Below the pieces are notes generated by a model. The model searched no databases and had not been told where the DNA came from. It saw only the letters and a list, made by a program, of their open reading frames with translations. This document shows positions 12,005-25,037 of a DNA stretch of 64,000 bases, in pieces. The DNA lies in NCBI RefSeq assembly GCF_006345805.1, contig NC_043017.1, forward strand, positions 34,055,080-34,119,079. The letters are read 5' to 3'. The position numbers were made by a program, and so were the translations under genes. Origin of the DNA: Octopus sinensis (Eukaryota). The stretch's first letter is position 1. Every line of letters starts with the position of its first letter.

Positions 12005-12856
12005 AGTCCTTGTTTCGTATACATTCGATCCTTTTTCCAAGAAATCTAATGCTCGTAGCTTAGTTTTTCCTTGGGGCTGGCCAGATTGGAGTAATCTCAA
12101 GATTAATCAGACGAAATTGCGAGGATGATCCGGTTCTTGACTGAAGATTAAAGGCTTAGAATGACCCGTCCGTGTTTTTTGTATCGTCTATTTGGATGTT
12201 TTGCGTTTTTGTCCCATTTTGTATTTATACATATATATACGTATATATATATATAGCAGCGTACGTACACTTTGTTCTCCTATTCGTAAGTACATACTAC
12301 ATACATACATACATACATACATACATACATACATACATACATACATACATACATACGACAGACCTTCACGCAATTGACGTGGTCTGCCTCACACACAACT
12401 TGTTTACCAGCCGTGCTGGTACCAATACGTTTTCCTTCTTTTTATTCGTCACATTCGAGTGCGACAGATCGTGTTTTTTAGGATTGTGTCTTATTAATTG
12501 TAGTGATATTTTTTTTAATATGTATCACTGTGTTAAGCGGGAGTATGATTTATCAAAAGCTCTTAAAAGGGAAGAGTATCCTCCGACAAATAAACTCTCC
12601 TTCTTACAAGATTAGAAGGTTTATTAATAGTGTTTGCAATCATTGTGATTCGAAGCGTGACGTTTTGTCTTATTTATAATATATCATGATTTGTTATGGA
12701 CAGATTGCATGCTCAAACAGAGGTGAAATAATGTCATGGTAAAACTGTGATACTGTATACACCATGAGTTTGCTTAATACCAGTGCATTGTATTGTAATG
12801 GGTTTGTTCCTTTTGGGGGATCAGGGGTAGGTGACAGAAATACACCGAATATCTTC

Positions 12857-13050
12857 GGTGGCAGAATCGTTAGCGCACTGGACGAAATGCTTTCCCCCGT
12901 CGCTACGTTCTGAGTTCAAATTCCACCGAGGTCGACTTTGCCTTTCATCCTTTCGGTTTCGATAAAATAAGTACCAGTTTAACACTAGAGTCGATGTAAT
13001 TGACAAGTATCTTCCCCAAAATTTCAGCCCTTGTGACAAAATTTGAAACC
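12857..13050 (+). mobile_element. SINE family B variant
   Basis: GGTGGCAGAATCGTTAGC...CCGAGGTCGACTTTGCCTTTCATCCTTTCGG. Confidence 0.8.
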
Positions 13051-13608
13051 ATTTACTGCTAAGTTAAACGCTAGCATTCCAATATTGCTTATCAATATGA
13101 TATTTAACTGTTATTCAAATAAACATATTTCTAATATATGTATTATGGCGGGATATTGTGGAATATGTTTTACGTCTGATTATGGATAATTTCTTCATTC
13201 CTCAGCTAGCACAGAGAATTAAGAACTAAGAATTAAGTTATAGAATTAGAATAACTAACGTTAAAACAATATGTCTTTTGCTGCCAACCGAATGAAATTT
13301 AACAAGAACATTATTATAATATAGATTTCCAACTTTTGCACAAGGCCACCAATTTATGGCCAGCTCGCTGCCTAAAACGTGGCAGTTAATGGCCAATATA
13401 AAAGCGCAAATCGAAGTAATTGCGACTATGGTGCATCGACCGTTAAGCATGTTTATTTCACAAAAGATCTGAAACGTAGCAAAACGCTATCGTCTTACAA
13501 AGGATAACAAAATTAGTCTAGCGTTTTTAGTCTGTTAAAAGATTTTTTTTCCGGAAGTGTGTTTAAGAAATTGTTTACAGGTGTCGAATAAATATATATA
13601 AATATATA

Positions 13609-13710
13609 GGCGTAGGAGTGGCTGTGTGGTTGGTAATAGCTTGCTTACGATCCACATTGTTCCAGGTTCAGTCCCACTGCGTGGTAACTTGGGCAAGTGT
13701 CTTCTACTAG
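13609..13710 (+). mobile_element. SINE family A, head only
   Basis: GGCGTAGGAGTGGCTGTGTGG...CTTGGGCAAGTGTCTTCTACTAG, then an abrupt break. Confidence 0.8.
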
Positions 13711-13715
13711 TCGAC

Positions 13716-13860
13716 TACTGGCGCTTATTTCATCGACCCCGAAAGGATGAAAGCCAAAGTCGACCTCGGCCGAATTTAGACTCAGAACGTGAGTATGGAC
13801 AAAATACTGCTAAACATTTCGCCCGGCCTACTAACGATGATTCTGCCAACTCGCCGCCTT
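13716..13860 (-). mobile_element. SINE family B, 3'-truncated
   Basis: ATCGACCCCGAAAGGATGAAAGCCAAAGTCGACCTCGGC...CTCGCCGCC. Confidence 0.8.
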
Positions 13861-15346
13861 ATATTATCATAATATTCACGAAATGTTGGACAAACATGTA
13901 AATAGAAAACCCTACCAGTGAAGGTCATCTTCTCCTACATGTGGAATTGGAGATCAACTTCCAGTTATAAATATTCAGTAATATTTATGATAAAAAGAAA
14001 AAAAGTTGAAGTCATGTTCGTAATTGGCACACGTATGATGCATTTTGCATAACCCACACGAGATCTAAGTTGAATTTATATTTTCTAAATTTCCCCATCA
14101 TATTTTAAGAGTGTAAGAGAATCTAGCATAAGTAGGAATATTTCAAATTTGAGGGAACAAAAGAAGAAACGATTGCAAAAAAGGGAGAGACATGGAGATG
14201 GAAGCGAGCGAGATTATTGTGGGACTTTATGCATCAAGTGAAGGTTACATTAAGATATGTCAAATTTTTGTTAAGTTTTTTGCTATTGAGAGATTCTCCT
14301 GTTATTTCCTGACCGAGCCGCTACATGTGTTATAATCAGTTAAGCTGAAAAAGGAGATTACTTCTGGGAGATATGCTGAACATTGTTATGGATATGAGGG
14401 ATAGACTCTATAATGCAATCACCTCCCACGCTTGTCTTCGCCTTTAACAGCCCGTTATGTATCTTAAATGTGGTGGCATAAAATGTGCTTTATACTTAAA
14501 GTTGTCAATCCTTTATGCGAATCTTTTTTTTATGTCGAGCTCGATTTAAGGATAATGTGGAAATAGAAAAGCATGCTTATCGGGCAGAAAGTAGTGAAAC
14601 TTATATGGCGTTTATGGAATAAATCATGGAGCAGAGCAATTTTGATGTGGAATGATCGATGGAACGTGTAGATTATATCTTGCTCTCTGAAATTAAAATG
14701 CGGATCATTATTATATGGCCAGTAGAATTCCAAAACATGAGAGTAGATAATATACTTGTCAGTTTAAGAACAATAAAGTTGAGTAATATTTGGCTGATAT
14801 TTAACTATTTCTAAGGTGTTGGTCAGCTGGTTTAGGCAAAGCAATTTCAGTTCATCAATGATGCTATGTCATTTGCGTAAAATTCAAAACAAAGCAAATT
14901 TGCTCCATTTCCAATGTTTAATTTTGCTCTAAGCACAGACCTCGTTTTCATAGTTGGAGAAGTCTCTATTTGCATAAATTAATTCCTGATCGACCAAACA
15001 AGAATAATTCTATAGTGTCACATTGGTCAATGGAGCAAACCAAAATCACTGTCAAATTATATCCAATCGTTGTGAAACAAAAACTTTTATTTTGCCTTTT
15101 GAGGTATAATTCTCAGTCGGCGAACTTCAATGAAATCAAATTTGTTACACAACACTCGCCTTTTATAACTAGGGAACAGAACAAGTTGCTAAAATTATTA
15201 GAGTATATATGTACAAATGAGATCATAGATGAAGCATTTCTTTCAAGTGATTTAATCACGAATACACACTTCCGTGTATATTCAGCCTCAGACATATTAA
15301 AAGGGTGTTGTATCGTTGAAGCCACAACTCCATTCTTCGGGTATAT

Positions 15347-15770
15347 ACTCTTTACTCTTTTTACTCTTTTACTTGTTTCAGTCATTTGACTGCGGCCATG
15401 CTGGAGCACCGCCTTTAGTCGGGCAAATCGACCCCGGGACTTATTCTTTGTAAGCCCAGTACTTATTCTATCGTTCTCTTTTGCCGAACCGCTAAGTGAC
15501 GGGGACATTAACACACCAGCATCGGTTGTCAAGCAATGCTAGGGGGACAAACACATACACACACAAACATATACACACACTTATATATATATATATATAC
15601 ATATATACGACAGGCTTCTTTCAGTTTCCGTCTACCAAATCCACTCACAAGGCATTGGTCGGCCCGGGGCTATAGCAGAAGACACTTGCCCAAGATGCCA
15701 CGCAGTGGGACTGAACCCAGAACCATGTGGTTGTTAGCAAGCTACTTACCACACAGCCACTCCTGCGCCT
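15347..15770 (-). mobile_element. SINE family A
   Basis: Reverse complement of the family consensus, full length. Confidence 0.9.
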
Positions 15771-17149
15771 ATATATATATATTTAGGCACTTGATTTTAT
15801 TTGAATACACAATAACCTTTTTCTGGTATTCTTTTAATAATTTCTGTTATGGAACAATGTCTTATTGACTTGTAGCCTGTTCACATCATGAACGTCACAA
15901 CACAGCATTCTCTTGAACAAAATCTACTTAACATCAATTGCTATCATTAAACAGGCAAGGTTTATTCATAATGTCATATCAGTATTTGAACTGAGTGTAT
16001 TTTTGCCTCAACACTCATATTCGATTCAAGATGTTGCCTTTAGCACTTCGTTTATCAGCCAGATAAAAAGCAAGCATTTCTTTCAAGCAACATATTGTCT
16101 TTAAAGCCAAACGCTCAATTTCTTCTTTATGTTTGTATTGTTTGTAGCAATATTTGGACATTTTTATTTTTGTATCCTTTTTTTATTTTTCTCTTTCTCA
16201 AATTATCAATTCTCGCATATATTAAATTTTGATCAGTTACAGAAATTTGCATTGAATAAACCTCAAAAAAACGATTCAAAAATTGTAGTTCATTTTGTGT
16301 TTATCATTCAAACCAAAAAGAAACAAATATTAAACAACGTTGTATTACAATGTGCATCGTTATCAAATGATGGAAAAAGATAAGATAAAAGGCAGGAAAT
16401 TAAAATGCCAATACAGTTATTTGAAAATTTTCTTTTTAATTAAAAAATAAACAGATAAGAACAACTAAGCAAAAATATAATAAAATAAGTAAATTAAATA
16501 TATCAGTAAACATATAAAGAGCAAGACATGACACATTATCGGAATGAGAGTTAAATAATATATTCTCCCTCAAAGTGAAACAAAATAAAAGTAAAAATGA
16601 GCAGAATGGTATGTTTCTAAAGCAATTGAATGTTCCTAAAGCCATAAACATCTCCAAACACTTTGGTTCGAAGAATATTCTGTATAAATATTTAATCACA
16701 CATATATTTTCTTTTGTATTAAAAGAATTGCATTTGTTTAACAACTGAAACCCTTAACTGTGATCAACGTATTTAGCTGGAAATATTATAAGAAATAGAT
16801 CTGCATAGGAACAAGAGAACGTACCACAGAAGGCTAGGTCAGTATTCATCAAAAATATACAGTACTTTCGCTATTTTCGATATGGAACTATATAAACCAT
16901 TTTTTGACATACACGTAAGTAGAGGAGAATATTCAACAGCATTCATATTACTTCGGAGCACTTGCAATTTGCGCAAGATTCTGGGAGATTGGATTGGATT
17001 GCCCGTCTTCAGTCTACTTTGGGACGAAGTCTTCAGCATGTTCTCTCCACCAGAGAATGGTTTGAGACCATACTGGCTTGATGAGTCACACTGGCTAGAC
17101 ACGGCTTGGCAGAGGGATGCAGTTTTTATGCTCAATACCCAGGAGGGGT

Positions 17150-17308
17150 TAAGTAGATTACATCGACTCCAAGGTTCAACTGATACTTATTTTATTGACG
17201 GCGAATGGATAAAAGGTAAAGTCGACCTCGGCGGAATTTGAACTCAAAACTTAAAGACGGGCGAATTACCGTTAAGTATTTCACCCGGCGTACTAATGAT
17301 TGTGCTAG
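17150..17308 (-). mobile_element. SINE family B, diverged
   Basis: AAAGGTAAAGTCGACCTCGGCGGAATTTGAACTC. Confidence 0.75.
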
Positions 17309-17439
17309 AAACATTTATAAGAAGCTAATCACAGACGGGATTTTCACTATTCAGTATCGATGTAATATGCTGAATCGCTTGATTGACCGTTTATCAAGAT
17401 AATTTAAACGTTGGTGCTGAGTGATATAAATTGAATAAA

Positions 17440-17720
17440 ACAAGTAGTTATGTTTTGAATCATTATGATTTCCGTGTACAACAAACCTCCTCGAAAACGC
17501 TCCAGATTTTGTAAAAGCTCGCACAATTGTTAGTGACTCGCATTGACACTGCATGCCTACGTAAGAATTCATGTAAATATCTGGAAAGCAGGTTTTCGAC
17601 AAGTCTAACGATATAAGTGGGATTATTCAAAGGATATTGTACGGCATCTCCCAAGATGAACTGCTCTGTTTCTGGTGGTTGGCTTCACAGACAACAAACT
17701 CACACCACTTGCCTACCATT
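17440..17720 (-). pseudogene. Degraded pogo/CENP-B-like transposase fragment
   Basis: LHEFLRRHAVSMRVTNNC resembles the W..FM.RH.LS.R..T motif of pogo-type HTH domains; short. Confidence 0.35.
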
Positions 17721-18408
17721 GTTTCAGTTTGCTCCTTCGTCTGGTATTTATATCAGCTTTGTGCAGACACTATGAAAACTTTATTGTTTCCATGGCTTCT
17801 TTAAAGAAAACGTCTTTATATCATATAAACTATTCCTTTTCTTAAAAAATTCCGTTTAACTACATTTTAGTCCCGGTCTATGCACCAGTACATCATAAAA
17901 AGTTATTCGCTTATACTTTAGTTGCATCGTCTTAGAGTTCTATGTTAATAATTTCGTCTTATTTTCTCTATGTTACTAAAATTAAAACCTGTTATTCGCC
18001 TGGATTCGTGGCAGTAGCAATTATAACAATTAAAACAATTTACATTTTCAAGATTCACCCTTGAGTGATATTCAGTCGTTATTAATGTTTGTTGTTTTCT
18101 TTATTGTTTTCATAAAATGTCAATCGATTAATCCAACGGATTATATCGATTTTCAAATGTGACAATCCCTAATCAGATTTGAATGCTTATTGATTATGTG
18201 CCAACTGATTCTTACTGACATACGGAAAGCAATTATATCCCTCCAAAAGTTTATTTGTATGTCATGAACTCGGAACAAGTTTTACTAAGTTTTTCAGCTC
18301 TTGCGAAACTTTACGTTTGACTCAGTCATTCATGTCGAAGACGGTGTTTTCTCCATATAGCGCTACGTCTTCACGTTAATATGTATATATATGGAGTATA
18401 TGTATTCA

Positions 18409-18517
<109 letters not shown>

Positions 18518-18538
18518 ATATATATATAATATATATAC

Positions 18539-18937
18539 AGGAAGTGGCTGTGTGGTAAGTAGCTTGCTAACCAACCCCATGGTTCCGGGTTCAGTCCCCA
18601 CTGCGTGGCACCTTGGACAGGTGTCTTCTATATAGCCTCGGGCCGACCAATGCCTTGTGAGTGGATTTGGTAGACGGAAACTGAAAGAAGCCTGTCGTAT
18701 TATATATGTGTATATATATATATATGTATGTATGTGTGTCTTTGTTTGTCTCCCTAGCATTGCTTGACAACCGATGCTGGTGTGTTTACGTCCCCGTCAC
18801 TTAGAGGTTCGGTAAAAGAGACCGATAGAATAAGTATTAGGCTTACAAAGAATAAGTCCCGGGTCGATTTTCTCGACTAAAGGCGGTGCTCCAGCATGGC
18901 CGCAGTCAAATGACTGAAACAAGTAAAAGAGTAAAAG
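18539..18937 (+). mobile_element. SINE family A
   Basis: Family consensus, between (TA)n tracts. Confidence 0.9.
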
Positions 18938-18968
18938 GGAGAGTATATATATATATATATATATACAC

Positions 18969-19162
18969 ACATTTCGTTTTTGGATTTGGTTTGCAAGATT
19001 CTTTATATGAGTTCGTGTGTTGAAGCGTATTCTGTTGTGTCTGGGGAGAGTTATTTTCTTTTTGTGCCTTATAATGTAACACACTCACCGGTAAAATTTC
19101 CACTTATTTTTTATTTTTATTTTTCTAAAATTTTCGTTGCGCCTTGCAACTTTCCAATAGTC
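18969..19162 (-). mobile_element. About 190-bp PLE-like short element (related copy at 28968-29223)
   Basis: Shared TTGTGTCTGGGGAGAG...CACTCACCGGTAAAA...GTTGC/GCAAC segment. Confidence 0.75.
19125..19160 (-). ncRNA. Hammerhead-like motif, U3:A8 family, with an additional A6G change
   Basis: Reverse complement: CTA-TTGGAAA-GTTGC aaggc GCAAC-GAA-AATT-T-TAG. Confidence 0.5.
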
Positions 19163-19220
19163 TTCACTCTGTCTCTCTCTCTTTCTATATATATATATAT
19201 ATTATATATATATATATATA

Positions 19221-19481
19221 GCGCAGGCGTGGTTGTGTGGTAAGAAGCATGATTACCAACCACATGCGTAAAACCTTGGGCAAGGTCTTCTACTATAGCC
19301 ATGAGCCAACCAAAGCCTTGTGAGTGGATTTAGTAGACGGAAACTGTAAGATGCCCGTCGTATATATATATAATATATATATATATATTATATATATAAA
19401 TTTTTTTTTCTAGTTTCAGCTCAGAGCTGCGCCATGCTGATGCACCGCCGTTGTGGTATATATTATATATATATATATATA

Positions 19482-19526
<45 letters not shown>

Positions 19527-19762
19527 ATATATAATATATATAGTATATATATAATATACAATATATGTTGTTGTCTGTATTTGTCTCGCCACTATCGCTT
19601 GACAACCGATGTTGGTGTGTTTACGTCCCCGTAAACTAGCGGTTCGGCAAAGAAGAGACCGATAGAATAAGCTTACAAAGAATAAGTCCTGGAGTCGAAT
19701 TGTTCGACTAAAGGCTGTGCTTCAGCATGGTCGCAGTCGAATGACTGAAGCAAATAAAAGAA
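19221..19762 (+). mobile_element. SINE family A variant with a long internal (TA)n
   Basis: Head, CCTTGGGCAAG, body and GACTGAAGCAAATAAAAG tail. Confidence 0.85.
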
Positions 19763-19812
19763 TGTGTGTGTGTGTGTGTGTGTGTGAGTATATGCACACC
19801 TTCACATATATA

Positions 19813-20665
19813 CGAGGGTGGGCCCAACAGAAACCAAAATTTTGCAACATCATTTTATTCCCTTAGATTTCCATGTTTACACTGTCATCGCCGTCAAAAT
19901 ATCCGCCATTTGAAGCAATACATCTGTCCCGGCGCGTTTTCCACAATTCCAAGCAGTCCTGGAACTCTTGATGTTTTAACATCTCCGTTGTGTTTTTCTT
20001 CACCTCTTCCACATCTGCAAATTCCGTAGCACAAATTTCCATCACCAGTGATGACCTTAGACGAAAGGTCCGGATCAACTTCCAACTGTTCTTTCAGTTC
20101 ACGATATGCATACAGTTGTAACTGCTTTTTATCTTCTGTGAGCAAGCGAGGCACAAATTTTGCTACAACTCTTTTCATTCGCAATTCCTCACACGAAATT
20201 CCTTGGCAGGAGCTCAAGGACACACCTGTCATGTCAGCAAGTTCATCAATTTTTCGGTGACGATCCTTGAAGATTAGTTCATGAATCTTAATGATGTTTT
20301 CACTCGTTCGGGGGGGTCGACGGTCGTCCTGAACGAGGTTGGTCTTCAAGCGATAAATGATCGTTCCCAAAGCCTGGAAACCACTCAGAAGCGCCGATTT
20401 TGTTCATGGGAGCTTCTTTGTAATCTGTTTGAAGCATGACAACTGTTTCGGTGACCGCTTTCCCCAGCTGCAAACAGAATTTCACGGAAGCAGGCTGTTC
20501 CTTCGTTTAAGCCATCGCAAAAATCGACGAACAGCGGAGAAGCACTACAACACATAGAGGCACCACGTACTGATGCCTGAGGGTTGCATCAAGTGGCTTC
20601 TAGCTGTGGAAGCCTGAACTACAACGGGCTTATGCCACAGAGCATTACTTTTGGGTACCCTCTCA
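19813..20665 (-). mobile_element. Internally deleted mariner transposon
   Basis: Degenerate TIRs (TA-CGAGGGTGGGCCCAA / TTTTGGGTACCCTCTCA-TA); LEDQPRSGRPST, AKFVPRLLT, VITGD and C-terminal WKTRRDRCIASNGGYFDGD; most of the catalytic core is missing. Confidence 0.92.
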
Positions 20666-20799
20666 TATATGTGTGTGTGTTTATTTATGTGTATATCGCT
20701 ATATATGTACTATATTTACATATATACGTTACATGTATGTACTCATATACATTTACATATGTGTATACCTCTATATACATATACATACATATATATGTT

Positions 20800-23185
20800 C
20801 CGTATTTGCCGGCAGATTGGACCCGCTTTTCTAATTTTTGAATGTATCAAAAAATTGCCCTGCATCTAATGCGGCCGTATTACAGATGTGAGACCGAGCG
20901 CCCTAGGCTAGAGAGTCGGACGAGCATACTGGGTAAGTTCCCTGGGTATAAACATTGTTGCTAATAATTAAAACAAACCAAAATATTACTGTAAATTGTG
21001 CTACTAATAATAAAATATAGAAAACAAGCCGAATTATCACAGACTGTTATCACAGTCTTGTGAAATACTGCTTATGATACGTCGGTAGTTACATAACCCA
21101 GCATATATAACCCACTCCTGATATATGTATTACATTATCTAATGACTGGTTTAGCTTTAGGATAGATTTGTTCATTATCTGAATGAAAAATGCTGCTAGA
21201 AACTTCAAAAGAATATTAGTAAACTTCCATCCGCCGGCAGCCATTTGCAATAATCAGATCAGATGATGCGTCGGAGGCTTTGCTTTTACAACAGCGCCCC
21301 CTTTCTGTTGTGTTCCTTTCTTGGTCATTCATTTATGTTTGACTCTTTTAGCCTTTTTATCTCTTATTTTCCACATTCTAGCCTGTCGCGGTAACACAAA
21401 ACATCACATCCAGGAATACGAGTTTCACATTCCGTATAGCAATTCTCTTACCCGAAATATAAACTATGGGGCTGATCTAAGAGGAGGCCAGAGTTGGGGT
21501 ACGGTTTTCCATAATTTATTTACGGTAAATTTTGTACAAAGTCCAAACCCATGGAAAACAGAAAAAAATGCACCGTTATAACATTAAATTTAAACTAGAT
21601 GTAGAATACGCAAAAGACCCTGGTAATAGGCAGCTGCTCGGTATTTTGGTCCACCAACAACCGAGAAAATGCTAAGGACTTGGAGGATACAAGAAGTGCA
21701 GTTGAAAGCTGCTAAACGTAGCAAGACTGCCTCCGCAGGTGTGTTGTAAAGTGGCATGAACTAAAATAATGAAAAACATGATTTTTGACTAAAGAAGATC
21801 GGGTTTTTCAGTATCCACTCTAATGAATATGTACCATTCAAAGCTTATAGCAATGGACAGAGATATCGATGATTTTAAAGGGTCATCACCATGGTATTCC
21901 AGATTTATGAAGAGAGAAATAATCTCTGTATGAGGGCTAGGAGAAGAAAAGCACAAAAAATACCCCTGAATATGAAGAACAAATACTTAAGTTTCACAGG
22001 TAGCTCATTAATGCAAGGAAAGAAGCTAATTTCGAACTTCCACAGATAGCAAATATTGACGACGTCACTTTGGCATTTGATGTGCCACCAAAGAAGACGG
22101 TAGAACTCAAGGGTGATAAAACTGTGGCTGTTAAAGTATGTGGCCATGAAAAGACACACTACACAGTTGTATCAGCATGCTGCACTGATGGTACAAAACT
22201 GTCACCTTAGTTAATTTTTAAAAGAAAGATTGCTTAAAGACAGGATACCCAATGGCATTTATACTCAAACTCTCCCAAAAGGTAGGCTTGATGAGAGAGG
22301 AATGAAAATGTGGTTTGATAAAATGTGGTCCTGGCGTCCTGGTGGGCTATTAAGGAAACTTGCCTTATTTGTTTGGGATCGGTTTCGGGCTCATAGAACT
22401 AAGCTTGTTAAGAGGAAACCTAAAGGAGTGAAGACCCAGATAGTTGTAATTCCAGGAGGCCTAACAAGGCAGTTACAGCATTTAGATGTTTCAAGCAGTA
22501 AACCATTTAAAAGATTCCTGCGGGGTGGGGGAGTAGATGCAGTCTTCAGATTTTTAAGTGACACTATCAGGAAGTAAGAAGAGGCCTATTATTATAGAGG
22601 TGTGTGTATGGGCAAAAGGTTCATGGAACGCTGTAAAAGAAGAAATAGTTGTGAAATCATGTTTTAAAAAATGTGGCATTAATAATGCCCTTGATGGTAC
22701 TGAGGACGATTTATTGTTAGAAGATATTGATGACCCAGATTCTATTGCAGAGAATTCCACTGATGAAGAGAGTATCGATAATATGGATGGCAACAGCGAG
22801 AACGAATAACTGCAACTATCCATAGAAATTCATCTCATTTATTGTACTTAGCTGATTGGTTTGCACCAGTTTTTAATCAGTATATTTGCTTTTTGTTTGA
22901 TGCACCAGAATTTTTTTTTTTTTTTTTTGCTATGGCAAATTTAATTTAGTTTCTTTTAAAGGTGAGTGTAAAGCTACATATGATTTCATACTTTATTCCA
23001 GTATACTGTCGCAATATTGTATTTCATCCACAGAATCATACAATTTCCCCTACAAAGACCAGTTTAAAATTTCTTTCAATAAGTGTATGATGGAACATAC
23101 TAAAATTGTTTTTTCCAGCAAAATATCCCTGCAAAATAGAGATGCATCTCATGTGAAGGTACGTCCAATGCACCGGCAAATACAG
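20800..23185 (+). mobile_element. pogo-like (POGK/pogoR-type) DNA transposon, both TIRs, decayed transposase at about 21575-22809
   Basis: TIRs CCGTATTTGCCGGCAGATTGGAC / GTCCAATGCACCGGCAAATACAG-TA; GHEKTHYTVV, D.FRAH, IPGGLT.QLQHLDVS, CFKKCGINNALDGTEDD motifs; many frameshifts and stops. Confidence 0.9.
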
Positions 23186-23196
23186 TAAACACACAA

Positions 23197-23255
<59 letters not shown>

Positions 23256-23263
23256 ATATGGCT

Positions 23264-23456
23264 GCGTGTTTGCCGTTGGCGATTTTTTTTCCTCTGTCTT
23301 CCCTTCTCTGGATCTTTCCTTCTCCTATGTTGCCGACGAAGAGCTCCGCTCGAAACGTTTAACCCTCCTTCTTTCCTAAGCGTCCAATAATACTATATTT
23401 GTTCCACGTCCTCGCGTTGTTGTGTTTTTTTTTCTGCTTTCATGTTTGGATTAACT
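23264..23456 (+). mobile_element. About 195-bp PLE-like short element with a minimal HHR (copy at 30925-31131)
   Basis: Two colinear copies, both ending TTGGATTAACT next to (TA)n. Confidence 0.75.
23329..23363 (+). ncRNA. Minimal hammerhead, U4C variant
   Basis: GTTG-CCGACGA-A-GAGC tcc GCTC-GAAA-CG-TT-TAAC. Confidence 0.55.
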
Positions 23457-23791
23457 TTATATATATATAGATATATATATATATATATATGCCTCCACGC
23501 GCTGCTACTACACTTTCGTCCTTGCCAGCAAAAAGGCTTCTTCGTTCGTCCCCTTGTGTGGTTAATTTCCTGTATAGTATTCTTGTTATTTTCTCGTTTT
23601 GTAACTAATTGTACTTTTTGTACATGTATTTTTATTTTTGCAGTTTTATTGTTTGTCTATGCCAGAAAAAAGGCTTTTTCGTTCGTCCTCTTGTGTTTGT
23701 TTTTGTACATGTATTTTAATTTTGCAGTCTTATTGTTACGTCTTGTTGTGTTCGTACTCATTGTGCCCCGCTGCTTGAAATTTTATTTTAA

Positions 23792-23872
23792 TTCTCTCGC
23801 AGGAAGGCCTATTGGATTAGTGTTCTGTTATGCCTTCGAAACATGCCTGACTCCTCTAGCGACAGCTGATGA
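23792..23872 (+). ncRNA. Degenerate hammerhead remnant followed by a second CTGATGA box
   Basis: GAAGGC...GCCTTC-GAAA-CATG-CC; first core box decayed; CTGATGA at 23866. Confidence 0.35.
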
Positions 23873-24091
23873 CGGGGGTTTTGTCCTTGTGTAACCTGTC
23901 CTGTATTTGGTTTTCGTTTTCCGTTTTCTTGTTTTTGTTTTTTGGCTTTTTCTGTTCTACGTCTTATTGTGATGTCTGTACTTCCGTATAATTATTTATA
24001 TATGCATGTATATATACATGTAGATGTAGGTACGTACATATATGTTTGTATGTATGCATATATTTTTATTTATCTCCCTATATATATATAT

Positions 24092-24126
<35 letters not shown>

Positions 24127-24129
24127 TAT

Positions 24130-24194
<65 letters not shown>

Positions 24195-24223
24195 TACAAT
24201 ATGTTACATTACTCGATAGTCAA

Positions 24224-24284
24224 GATAAAACTCTGAGTTTCAGATGCCGAAGTGGAAATCCACAACACCATCTCTTCGGTTATC
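24224..24284 (-). ncRNA. Hammerhead-like motif (U4C, extra U before GAAA), left arm
   Basis: Reverse complement identical in layout to 24977-25037. Confidence 0.55.
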
Positions 24285-24976
24285 TGGCTATTTGAAAACG
24301 TTATGAAAAAATACCGTTAAATAAAGGGAAATTACTCTGTTATAACTCTGCTTGCCTGCGTACTTATACATCGCTCGCATTTTTCGTCATAAAAATTATA
24401 TAAAAATACATAAAAAAATATAAAAATATATAAAAATATATAAAAATATATAAATTCTTCTTGGGACATAACATAGAAAGCATGTTCTATCTGTTTTCTT
24501 TAGGGGACCAAAAACGTAACAGAATTTAGTCACATGTGGGTATGATCCGAAAAGCTCTGTCCTTGTATTTAGACATGTAGTAGGGTCTAAGCTGCTTTTC
24601 CAGATAAGCCATCTCTCCATGTCGCATAGACCGCACCTTGGAGAGATGGCTAATCTGTAAAAGCAGCTTAGACCCTACTACATGTCTAAATACAAGGACA
24701 GAGCTTTTCGGATCATGCCCACATGTGACTAAATTTCTGTTACGTTTTTGGTCCCCTAAAGAAAACAGATAGAACATGCTTTCTATGTTATGTCCCAAGA
24801 AGAATTTATATATTTTTATATATTTTTATATATTTTTTATATATTTTTTATGTATTTTTATATAATTTTTATGACGAAAAATGCGAGCGATGTATAAGTA
24901 CGCAGGCAAGCAGAGTTATAACAGAGTAATTTCCCTTTATTTAACGGTATTTTTTCATAACGTTTTCAAATAGCCA

Positions 24977-25037
24977 GATAACCGAAGAGATGGTGTTGTG
25001 GATTTCCACTTCGGCATCTGAAACTCAGAGTTTTATC
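24977..25037 (+). ncRNA. Hammerhead-like motif (U4C, extra U before GAAA), right arm
   Basis: GATAA-CCGAAGA-GATG...CATC-T-GAA-ACTC a GAGT-T-TTATC. Confidence 0.55.

Noticed and set aside
12010-12215. GC-elevated segment containing CTGAAGA between (TACA)n tracts
   Set aside because: No downstream GAAA or stems; likely an unclassified retroelement end.
14970-15340. 139-aa ORFs on both strands
   Set aside because: They partly run through SINE A; no recognisable domain.
16882-17241. 119-aa Trp-rich ORF
   Set aside because: Its C-terminus is SINE B sequence; the remainder matches no family I recognise and lacks convincing splice sites.
22755-22775. CTGATGA inside the pogo transposase
   Set aside because: Coding sequence (TDE); no stem II or GAAA.
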